A stretch of DNA of 63,624 nucleotides, the filler included, from Basidiobolus meristosporus CBS 931.73 (taxonomy: Eukaryota > Fungi > Basidiobolomycota): NCBI GenBank assembly GCA_002104905.1. It is 4 parts of 4 records of this genome, joined end to end, with 100 filler letters (N's around TTAATTAATTAA, not from the genome) between each part and the next. Parts side by side here need not be neighbours in the genome. Positions count along the whole stretch, not along the records: positions 41,463 to 51,577 come from MCFE01001309.1; positions 51,678 to 63,624 come from MCFE01001262.1; 2 more parts are not named here. One strand, given 5' to 3'. The translations under genes were made by a program, and so were the position numbers. This document shows, in pieces, positions 49,679 through 60,860 of the stretch. Below the pieces are notes generated by a model. The model was given only the letters and a program-made list of their open reading frames with translations. It ran no database searches and was not told the origin of the DNA. Every line of letters starts with the position of its first letter. The first letter of the stretch is position 1.

Positions 49679-51577
49679 TGTTGCCTGTAGATTATGCGGT
49701 AGAATTATCGACCGTGCACATATTTATAGGACTATGTTACATTTCTATTGTAAACACCGACGAAAATTTCCGTGTTAAGTGAACCCTGGCATACATTTAG
49801 TAGGGGATTCACTTACGGAATTTGCTGTGGCTAAGATATCAAAATCGAAATCCATCGTGAAATCAAGATGTGATCGGACAGCCCGAGGTGCACATGAAAG
49901 ACTTACTCCATTCCAAATGGAGTAAGGTAATCGCCTGACCAATTGAGTCGAGGGAGAACACCCTCTGACGAATTGAATCATCGCAACTATTTAAATTCCA
50001 CAGTTAATAAGTTGTTGCTGTTGGTGCGCCACCCAGTGATTTTAGTTGATACGCGACTTGATCCTTCGGAATACGACAAATAAAGATCTCTAATCTAATA
50101 TGTGCACTGGTTTCAGCAAAAGCTATCAAGGCTAGGCTCTTAAGGAATTAGATGGTTATTTCCTTTTGCAGCGCCAGCTGGGGTTGCTTTATGCGCATAA
50201 TGCTACAACGATTGAGAATTTTCTTGGAAAGCAACCCACATAAGTGCTATTCAGAGAGACTCTGGGAACCGTCATAAGCCCCGAATCCAGATTGTGAACT
50301 TTGGAACGAAAGCCTCAATTGTGATTACTGCATACTTGTATGCTTTTGTTTGTGCTCACTCGAAGTTTGGAACCTATCGTGGTATTCCGGATGAAAGGTC
50401 AGATTCAGATTGGCAATGGAAAACCTCGGTTAAATTGTTGGTTTTGGAATCTATAACGCGGATCATGGTTTTCACTGATCTTCGATCCAATGAGGGACTA
50501 ATCCCCGGGTCGCTTTTCAAAACGATCTGCAAAGTGTTCAATTGACGACACAACAACCGCTCCATGTTGAGCTGTTCAGGATCGAAATAATATAGAATGA
50601 GAATTCGGAACATCGATCGAAACATTGGTTTACTACAACTTGTGATGCGTTGCATTTATGCCTGCATCGATACAAACTTCCCGGTTATCGCCGACAATTA
50701 GAACAGAATCGATAGTGTATAGGATAAGATATACAGATTGCAAGGGTTGGATGCGAACAACTTCAAGAAACACTGCTCTACGACTAAGGCTTTTCTCGCT
50801 CGATAAATAAAGGCTGCATGTAATGTTTGATAGAATCTTCAGATCGTCAGTAACACCTCTTCATCTTATATATGTACTGTACTGAGTTACTGGCCTTGAA
50901 TATAGTGTAAATCTATTGTTCATATCATGACGCTCACCAGCCGCACAACCTTGTACGTGGAACACTATCATCCCTTCATAACAATAAATAAGGATGGACT
51001 TTATAGTATTCCAGTTCTACTTGCTGTAAATTAGGTAAACAAGCACAGCATAAACCGAAGCCCTATCCAAGGGAGCAAGAGTACTATTATTGGCATGGTT
51101 ACTACAAAAAGGGTTTGGACGGAAGTATGCAATTTGGCTCTTTTATACGACTTCTGAATTCATCTATTTTCTCAGTATTTATTGTTGAATAAGATGACGA
51201 TGGATACATGCTTTTAATCCTTTAATTACCAAATAACAATGCTTAATATTAGTACACTTGCCTCTTGCAAAAACAACGGAATCTTGACTCTTCCATCATT
51301 AGATCGAAATGCCTATTCCATTTCCAAATTCACCAGACATAAAAGATAAGGATCAAGAAAGGCAAAGCACAAACATTGTGAATGGGGAAGTGGGTTTATT
51401 TTAATATTAAGCTAAGTACAATATCTTGAATAATTTCGATGTGATAATTCCCCTCAAAGGAAATACCGGAAGGATGGGTGCTTGTCATAGAGTTTCTCGG
51501 TATCTTCCATCACCTTGGGCTGCATCTCATCCACCTTGCCATAGAGACGATCCTTTTGGCAATTCTCTCGGGCTAGG

Positions 51578-51677
51578 NNNNNNNNNNNNNNNNNNNNNNN
51601 NNNNNNNNNNNNNNNNNNNNNTTAATTAATTAANNNNNNNNNNNNNNNNNNNNNNNNNNNNNNNNNNNNNNNNNNNN
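51578..51677. other. Artificial contig linker
   Basis: N44-TTAATTAATTAA-N44. Confidence 0.97.
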
Positions 51678-52878
51678 TTGTGGTGCTTCATGAGTGTTAA
51701 CACTCGCTTTAGCCACTGATGGTGATTGAGCAACTTTGTTGTTGGGATTGGATTGACCTGGGTTGGTAGCCGGTCCACTAGCGATGGTGCTATTTGGAGG
51801 GCGTGGAGGACCGGGTATTACCTTTGCTTGGGTTTGTGGTGACGCTTGCGATTGATTATGAGATTGCCCAGATGTAGGTGGGTGTTGAGGTTGAGGAGTG
51901 GATCCCACTGCTGGCGGAGATGAGGTATTGCGTTGTTGTCTTTGTTGTTGTTGCTGCTGCTGTTGTTGTTGTTGTTGTTGTTGTAATAACTGTTGCTGAC
52001 TTTGCGCTTGTGCTTGTGCTTGAGCTTGGGCCTGCATCATTTTCTGTTGCTGAATTCTCATTAATTGCTGTTGCATCATCATTTGCGACATGTTTCCCAT
52101 GTTGCCCCCAAGCATGGCTGCACTTTGTCCTCCCATCACACCTGCTCCACTAGCTGGCGGTCCGTTCTGCCCACCCATCATCATTCGGCTCTGCTGCTGC
52201 TGCTGTTGTTGTTGTTGCTGCTGCTGCTGTTGCTGCTGCATCAGCATGTTCCTTTGCTGCAAGAACTGGATTTGCTATAGAAATGGTCGTAAACTCTCCG
52301 TTAGCTCTCCATCCCGCCATTGCCATTCGTATACACCTCCTTTCCCTGACTCTCATCCAGTTTTTCATACTCATACATACCTGTGGTGTAAGATTCTGTG
52401 GCCATCCATTTCCTCCCATCTGCGCGGGGTTCTGGCTTCCATTGTTGCCTGTAATCACAATTGTATCGTCAGTAATCCTGTCATCACTCTTCTGTTGCTT
52501 CTCCTGCTCCGCCCCCACTGCTCTGCCTGCTCTCCTGCCAGACTCAACTCCTCCACGTCTCTCTGGGGTCTCCTCCCCCCCCCGCCTCTCACCTCGTACA
52601 GTCATAAACATCTACATACCTACAAACTGGCCCATGTTCATGTTAGGTGCTCCACTCGTAGCCGCGCCTGCTCCCGGTCCCATGTTCTGGCCTACGTTTT
52701 GCCCCATCGATGGTGAGAAGCCTCCCATGGATGTCGGTCCCATCGAGTTTGGTCGTGGTCTCTTGGGATCCGGTGGTGACCCCGTTGGATTCATACCCGC
52801 GTTCATTCCAGCGTTCTATTCAGACTCTGTTAGTACCTATCCTCTTTAGCTCCGTTCTCCTCATATATCTACACATAT

Positions 52879-52922
<44 letters not shown>

Positions 52923-53049
52923 GCTACTCTACTCTACCTTATGCTATTGTTTGTCTATATCACTTACCATTGACGGGGGTGACATCATTCCACCAGGTCT
53001 TCCTCCTCCTCCCCCTTGTTGCTGCTGCTGTTGTTGCTGCTGCTGCTGC

Positions 53050-53080
<31 letters not shown>

Positions 53081-54303
53081 GCAAAGCCATCTGCGTATTC
53101 TTGGCTTGCGCTATTTGGGCTGCTGTCATTCCTCCCATTCCCATGATATTCCTAAATAATTCCAAATGTTCATTAGTCTTCCCTCTGTCATCTCCCCCTC
53201 CCCTCCCCTCCCCTCTCCTCTCTCCTTTCTCCTTCGACACTTACCCTCCTGGTCGTTGCATCTGTGCTGCAATCTGTTGCTGAATCTCCGGCCGCTTCAT
53301 CACCGATAGAATCGCTTGCTACAACCCATGCCAGCCCAAATGTTACGCTTGGTTAGCCCTCATCTCTTGTTGCTCTCGCCCCCCCCATCGTCCTCTTCAC
53401 CTTACCTTCTCATTGTTGTTCAGGGTGCTTGGATCTCTCCCCGCCAGGCCCAAAGTCTGCATAATTTGCTGGACGATCATCGGGTTCACCCCGCCCCTCA
53501 TCCCTGGCGCTCCCGGCTGCATCTGTGCGTTCGGCCCTGCCATCCCCTGTCCCATTCCTTGACCCTGTGGTCCATTGTTCTCCGCTCCTGCCATTCCATT
53601 ACCAGGTAGCTGAGCACTTGTCTGTGGAGGTGAGATAGCATTTGCTGTTACCGAACCGCCTATAGTCTGATTCGGCTGCGACGAATTATTGACTATAGTT
53701 GAATTGGGCTATACAAGCAAGGGATACATGTTAATCATTGGTATAACAAATCTGATTTTGTACAGCGGGTTACCTGATGAGCATTTGGTTGCTGAGGTTG
53801 TGTACTAGAAAGCGGGTTTTGACCTGATTGCTGTGGTGATTGACTCATCATCTTTTGCATCTGTGGCTGATTAAATTGAATCCTTTGAGCCTTTAGATTT
53901 TGTGCCTAAAAGATGAACAGAATATTTGACGTTAAATCCACAGAAATTACAGAAGTGAATCACACCTCAACTTACCTCCACGAACGATAGTGCATCTTTG
54001 CTCCCCGTCTTATTGGTTCTTGCGGAAAATATATCCCAGAACACAACCCACCATTCGTAGAGAAACCCGTTTGGTGAGTTGATAGGAACCTGTGAATCAC
54101 GAGCTACTTGGGCTTCGTTCATAAAGGCTTGAGCGGCCCCCGTCCAATTACGTTTTAAACAGTAATCGTAGATATAAGTATTCAACCTATCATAAGAAAA
54201 TAGCGCGTTACAATAAGTTGGGTGATGGCAAAATAAAGTGGGTTTAGCTGATATGTTACATTTTATCTCCTTCCCAAAGGCTCTTAGTTGGCGGCTGCGA
54301 CAT
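51678..54303 (-). CDS. LEUNIG/Flo8-like LUFS(LisH) Q-rich transcriptional regulator, copy A (3'-truncated by the gap)
   Basis: ATG 54303; exons 54303-54260, 54186-53976, 53905-53774 and 53708 onward with GT-AG introns. MSQPPTKSLWEGDKM|LNTYIYDYCLKR...GFLYEWWVVFWDIF is a LUFS domain. Confidence 0.88.
51962..53655 (-). repeat. Inverted repeat arm A (~1.7 kb, ~99% identical to 59068-60770)
   Basis: Identical track ORFs (188 aa 52283..52849 vs 59889..60455; 64 aa 52612..52806 vs 59932..60126). Introns are near-identical. Confidence 0.92.
52880..52919. repeat. (TC)n microsatellite in an intron; counterpart (AG)n at ~59820-59857
   Basis: Read directly. Confidence 0.9.
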
Positions 54304-55249
54304 GTTGATTGCTTGATGATGTATATAATATGCTTAACTGGTGGTCCTGGTAGCGGTAACCGAAATAAACAGGAACAAAATAGTATAGACAAATAATAGG
54401 ACGCTTCTCAAAATACGCAAATCACACTTTACTGCTGTGCAGAATTATAAGCCTGATCAGTATTGATCCGAACGTGACTTGAATACATGCCAAGTTAAAG
54501 AAAGGAAACCAAGAAAAGCCGAAAATAACTACTTGACGTACCTTGAGATTGGTGTGACAATTATACAGTAAACTGAAGGATGTGTATAAGAACTAATTGT
54601 CTTATCTTGGGCTTGATGAATAAGTAATTAGAGCTAGTGAAAAACTTTAGTTCCAGAACTTTGCTGAAGAAAGTGTCAAGACAAGCTGTTCAACTGTGTA
54701 TGATGCTCTTGGGTATATACAACAGCAGACAAGGGCTACTCCGAATAATTTCACGGTAGTTAATCGTATTAACTTTAAAACCCGATAATTATTTAAGAAA
54801 ATTGAGCCTGTATATGCCGCACCGATTGGTCTGTCTGGGTCAAATGTTAGTGGAGCAGCTAGGTTTGAATATGGTTGAGATTAAAGCGCCAATACAATCA
54901 CGTAAGCTCCGCAATGAAATGATGCTTATTTCACCAATTTAAGGAGCCATCTTGAGAATAGATACGATGTTAATCAGCCAGCCAAAACCAATCTGCCATT
55001 CATTCACCTCCACTGTTTTTTGGAGCAAGCACTGTTGACCCCCAAAATGATACTTCGATTACCATCCTAGGTACCAGTAAAGAGGATTACTCTGAGCACG
55101 GACATTGGATGATTTCTAAGGAGAAGTTACCGAAAACCCAAAATTGGCGAAAATCCAAGCTCTACCAATACGCTGCTCAACATCTATTGAAACCATTGCC
55201 CAGAATGTTCGCCTATTACTAGAATAAGCCATCTGTCAGGTGCCCCTCT

Positions 55250-56050
55250 CGTAGCATTCACTAATCAACTAATCATATTGCCCCAACTATTTCTCAAGTG
55301 GAGGCTTTCAAGCTCATCCTCACCCCATGGCAAGGCCTAGCTTCATTTCCAACAAACGGGCGTGTATTCCAGAGACCCGATACCAACCCTCCACATAACT
55401 GTTGGTAATGAGGCTGGCCGGGTACACTGAACGGACCCCGAAAACTATTGCCAGCGAGTAGATTTTGTAAATACGCCAACGGCAACTCTAAATACTAACG
55501 TATTGGGGTACTAAAAGCCCGGGTCTATATTTGCATGCTTTTCGCAACGCATCGGGCTTCCAATTTGTTGCTTGGGATGTGAATCGGAAATTCAAGCGGT
55601 GCCATCCATATTACTGTTTTTCTGTATGTACGAATGCAGAAAACCTCTTGGAGCTGTTTAATGAACCAATCCTGTTTCCCACCAAACCATAGTAATTTTG
55701 GCACGTTGGCAACCATGCATTATTACCACGATCACCAGTAGAATTCCATCATTTCCAACCTTTGAAACCACTCCACATTCAGCATCCAAGTCTAGAGTAC
55801 ATTGCTTGGTGAAGAGATATTTGATATAGGCGCATCATGGTTGCTCAGTGTTTTCAATTATCCTAGAGAGCACCCAGGCTTCCAATCGACTTACCACTGC
55901 ACCCGATCAGTGTGGTTCAATCAACCACAATACCAGGTATTTCTGAGATTCCTACTAGAGCACAAAACCCACACACAAGGTAACCAAGCTTGAAGATATA
56001 AGGCACTCAACCATATTCAACCACCATATTGGCAGCGTTTACTGGCAATC
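55250..56050 (-). pseudogene. Possible decayed gene remnant, family unrecognised
   Basis: One minus-strand frame reads protein-like across sparse stops (GFKGWK*WNSTGDRGNNAWLPTCQNYYG..Q*YGWHRL..KPDALRKACKY). Confidence 0.3.
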
Positions 56051-56233
56051 CAGGCGGAAAATAGCAAGCGCTCTCTTCATCCTTCTACATCTGAACTTCA
56101 CAACAACCTACACTTTTAATTGAAATGTACCACTCCGTGTGATTAATTTTAATTTGTTTTGATCAACTTATTTGGTATCAACAAATAAAAGCCTTGGAGA
56201 TACTCTCAACATCGAATAGGGTGTGTCGCCTTT

Positions 56234-57273
56234 TCAAACATCATAGTAGTCGATGTGTGAGCCTGAAACGAATCCGTTGTCGGCAAAGAGAAGCTTGCAT
56301 AGTTTCTCGGCTGAATCATCCATTTTGACCAGTTTACTCTACATGGAATGAATTAGTTTTCATGAATGAACCAACCTACTGCTTTAGCCACGAAATACCT
56401 CGTGATGCATGTTTGAATAGATCGATCTTTGCTCCTCGTCGTTAATAGTTTCACGGACAACTCGCTGCATATCGTTGTCCAAGGGTCCAGGTGCATAACT
56501 AAGCGTGCGAGTATTGTTGTTGCGATTCTGAGACAGTATTAGCGAGATAAAAGACATAAAAGTTAGAACGCACAAACAAACCTCTTCTGCTATGACACCC
56601 ATCAACTGATCACGAGCTGCCTTTCCTGCAGCATAAAGACCCCAGTTTGGAAAAGCTTTCACGGCCAATAGGGATGAGATATTGACAATGGTTCTGGATT
56701 GTGTAAAGCTGTCGTCGCATGTCTTGAGGAATTGCGAGCTTCGTAGAATTAGTCATTTAGAAGGTAGAAGGTTGTGTTTACACATATCGAATTACCATAG
56801 ATAAGTGAAGGATACGACGTTGAAATCAAAATACTCTTTGATTAAGTCAAGTTTGTATTCAGAGACGGAAGTGGATAAATCTCCAAGGGATCCAGCATTA
56901 TTGATGAGGATAGTCTCAAAGTACTTCTCTGCACAGAGATCCTGTTTAAGATTCTTCGCCTCTAGTTAGTTATCTGCTTAAACCTTGAGTACTAGCACAC
57001 AAACAAAAATACCTTGACTGCTGAGAATAGTGTCTCCACATTACCCTCTAATTTATCGACTTGGGTGAGATCAATCCCAGTTACACCTTGGATTTTCACT
57101 TTGTCGTTTTGCAAAGAATTTGTTAAATCCTCTACCTGAGCAGCATCTCTACCCAATACAACTAGGTGTAGGTTTGAGGTTGGTTGTTTTTTTATCCAGG
57201 CCACGTATTGCTTGACGATTGCCAACCCAAAGCCTCGGGCGGCGCCAGTTACGATACATAAACGAGTTGGCAT
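56234..57273 (-). CDS. Short-chain dehydrogenase/reductase, sepiapterin-reductase-like, spliced
   Basis: TGAARGFG (TGxxxGxG), LINNAGSLG, VNISS, YAAGK (YxxxK), SYAPGPLDNDMQ, and C-terminal HIDYYDV* with stop at 56234-56236. Confidence 0.9.
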
Positions 57274-58421
57274 TATAAAATTTTCTTGGTTGATTAAGGA
57301 ACAAGAAAGGCAGATATTCTATCTGTTCACCAACGCTGCTCCAGATATAATGGTTTTTCTCTTTTGTTACCTAACACAATACGTTGGCTAATAAAATCAA
57401 AGCCACTAAATCATCGTGAGAATATTCTTGTTTTTGGATATGACAAACAAACCAAAAATTAGATGGATATCCATTGAGAAATCAAATATTATAGGACTCA
57501 TTGCAAGTATCTGAAAATACATAAATTGTCTATTCCAATGAGAAGTCATGATTAATATCATGAAAATAGTAGCTTCAAGCATCAACTATTGCCATAATGT
57601 TCGTGATCGAAGGTGTGGTGTGGTGAGGGTTTGCTCGTATACTGTAAGCCTGAGAATCCTCACCATACAACATGATTGCTGGTAAAGTTATGCCAAGTTA
57701 TCAATTGTTAATTAATCTTCAGATAATACGCGTCGAGAATATTGAATGCATTTGCGCGATTAAGCTGATTATGACGTGGCGTGTTTTCGCCCCTACCAAC
57801 TAACCCAAATTTTATAAAGTTGATAGTCTGCTTTATATCACGTGATTTATCATTTCCCTGAATAACTGTCAAAAGGTCTAAAAAACACGCTCACTAACCA
57901 AGGGAGCCAATCCGTTGTGGTTAAGTCTTCATCCAAATTTCAAATAACCATCAAATATTCAATAGGAAGCTATTGTTCCTTCTTTCCAATTACTCGGGAT
58001 ATATTATTCATAGGAACATACGCTGAGCCAAAACTCCTTTGATACGTTTTAAAACCATAGACGTTTTTCTGCTCCAACCACTGAAATATTCTCGTTATAA
58101 CGCACTGCTTGCTGTTTGTCGAGTGTCTCTTTATCGCAAAGATACACTTGATACACTTTTTGCTAATATACCGAAGATTGATTTCTGGGCTTGTTTTGAA
58201 TAGCTACGCTCAGCACTGGTCATTTTCTACTCTTGCAGCGAAAGCTTTTTACCGTGCCCCATATCTGCTCTATTAAGCTTCTCTTCAACCACCGATCTAT
58301 ACCCATAGCCTGCAAATAGTAGATATTTGAAACTTCCCTGGTGGCAAATAGTTACTCCTCACGCGTCTGTTAAGCACCTACCACCTGTTGAACCTCGCAA
58401 TAGATAACTAAAGAAAGCATC

Positions 58422-59639
58422 ATGGCACAGCCACCATCTAAAAATTTATGGGATGGCGATAAAATGTCCTTGTCTTATACTAAACTTACCTTTACTCAGA
58501 TATATTAACGCGTATTTATTTTCGTGTCTAGGCTGAACATTTATATATATGACTATTGTCTTAAGCGAAATTGGAACGGTGCTGCTCAAGCTTTCTTGGA
58601 GGAAGCACAGGTTGCTCCTGATTCACAGGTCCCAATTGATTCACCTCACGGGTTCTTGTACGAGTGGTGGGTGGTCTTTTGGGATATTTTCTCAGCCCGA
58701 ACTAACAAAACTGGAAGTAAAGATGCACAGTCTTTTGTTGAGGTACTGGCTTTATATTTTCGTAGTCTCTATAGAATGTAAGGTTGAGATGTTATTCCAT
58801 TATTGATCAGGGGCAGATTATGAAAGCTCAGCGGAACCAGTCGGGTCAACCACAGATGCAGAAATTAACGGGCCAACAAGTTCAACTCGGTTCCAACACA
58901 TCAAGCGCTCAGTCCTTACACCCGAATGTCTCGCAGATAGGTGGCTCGCAAACCCAGCCAAATATAGCTAATAACCCTAATGTCAACTCGCTTCGACTCA
59001 ATCTAACTGCAAAGCCAAATTCTCCAATCTTCCACAATCTATCTCAGTCAAACCAAAACCCGAGTGTTTCGGCAACAGCAAATGCTATCTCACCTCCACA
59101 GACAAGTGCTCAGCTACCTGGTAATGGAATGGCAGGAGCGGAGAACAATGGACCACAAGGTCAAGGAATGGGACAGGGGATGGCAGGGCCGAACGCACAG
59201 ATGCAGCCGGGAGCGCCAGGGATGAGGGGCGGGGTGAACCCGATGATCGTCCAGCAAATTATGCAGACTTTGGGCCTGGCGGGGAGAGATCCAAGCACCC
59301 TGAACAACAATGAGAAGGTAAGGTGAAGAGGACGATGGGGGGGCGAGAGCAACAAGAGATGAGGGCTAACCAAGCGTAACATTTGGGCTGGCATGGGTTG
59401 TAGCAAGCGATTCTATCGGTGATGAAGCGGCCGGAGATTCAGCAACAGATTGCAGCACAGATGCAACGACCAGGAGGGTAAGTGTCGAAGGAGAAAGGAG
59501 AGAGGAGAGGGGAGGGGAGGGGAGGGAGAGATGACAGAGGGAAGACTAATGAACATTTGGAATTATTTAGGAATATCATGGGAATGGGAGGAATGACAGC
59601 AGCCCAAATAGCGCAAGCCAAGAATACGCAGATGGCTTT

Positions 59640-59714
<75 letters not shown>

Positions 59715-60829
59715 GCAACAACAAGGGGGAGGAGGAGGAAGACCTGGCGGAATGATGTCACCCCCGTCGATGGTAAGTGATATAGGCAAACAATAGCATA
59801 AGGTAGAGTAGAGTAGCGATAGAGAGAGAGAGGGAGAGAGAGAGAGAGAGAGAGAGACTATATGTGTAGATGTATGAGGAGAACGGAGCTAAAGAGGATA
59901 GGTACTAACAGAGTCTGAATAGAACGCTGGAATGAACGCGGGTATGAATCCAACGGGGTCACCACCGGATCCCAAGAGACCACGACCAAACTCGATGGGA
60001 CCGACATCCATGGGAGGCTTCTCACCATCGATGGGGCAAAACGTAGGCCAGAACATGGGACCGGGAGCAGGCGCGGCTACGAGTGGAGCACCTAACATGA
60101 ACATGGGCCAGTTTGTAGGTATGTAGATGTTTATGACTGTACGAGGTGAGAGGCGGGGGGGGGAGGAGACCCCAGAGAGACGTGGAGGAGTTGAGTCTGG
60201 CAGGAGAGCAGGCAGAGCAGTGGGGGCGGAGCAGGAGAAGCAACAGAAGAGTGATGACAGGATTACTGACGATACAATTGTGATTACAGGCAACAATGGA
60301 AGCCAGAACCCCGCGCAGATGGGAGGAAATGGATGGCCACAGAATCTTACACCACAGGTATGTATGAGTATGAAAAACTGGATGAGAGTCAGGGAAAGGA
60401 GGTGTATACGAATGGCAATGGCGGGATGGAGAGCTAACGGAGAGTTTACGACCATTTCTATAGCAAATCCAGTTCTTGCAGCAAAGGAACATGCTGATGC
60501 AGCAGCAACAGCAGCAGCAGCAACAACAACAACAGCAGCAGCAGAGCCGAATGATGATGGGTGGGCAGAACGGACCGCCAGCTAGTGGAGCAGGTGTGAT
60601 GGGAGGACAAAGTGCAGCCATGCTTGGGGGCAACATGGGAAACATGTCGCAAATGATGATGCAACAACAATTCATGAAGATGCAGCAGCAAAAGATGCAG
60701 CAGGCCCAAGCTCAAGCACAAGCACAAGCGCAAAGTCAGCAACAGTTATTACAACAACAACAACAACAACACCAGCAGCAACAACAACAAAAGCAGCAGC
60801 AGCAGCAGCAGCAACAACAACAACAACAA

Positions 60830-60860
<31 letters not shown>

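Noticed and set aside
49700-51577. Short ORFs (50294..50545, 50374..50655)
   Set aside because: No recognisable motifs or consistent splice pattern. Treated as intergenic or promoter sequence of the giant gene.
12824-51677. TTAATTAATTAA palindrome inside each N gap, and ORFs running into X
   Set aside because: Identical 100-bp artificial linker. It is not biological, and order and adjacency of the four contigs cannot be inferred from it.
52090-53283. Poly-Cys and poly-Leu ORFs (also 59439-60964)
   Set aside because: Opposite-strand or alternative-frame readings of CAA/CAG polyQ tracts.
58464-58472. ATGTCCTT resembling a U12 (RTATCCTT) donor in copy B intron 1
   Set aside because: It does not match the consensus at +3/+4, and the orthologous intron in copy A has an ordinary GTAACA donor. 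More likely a weak U2 site.
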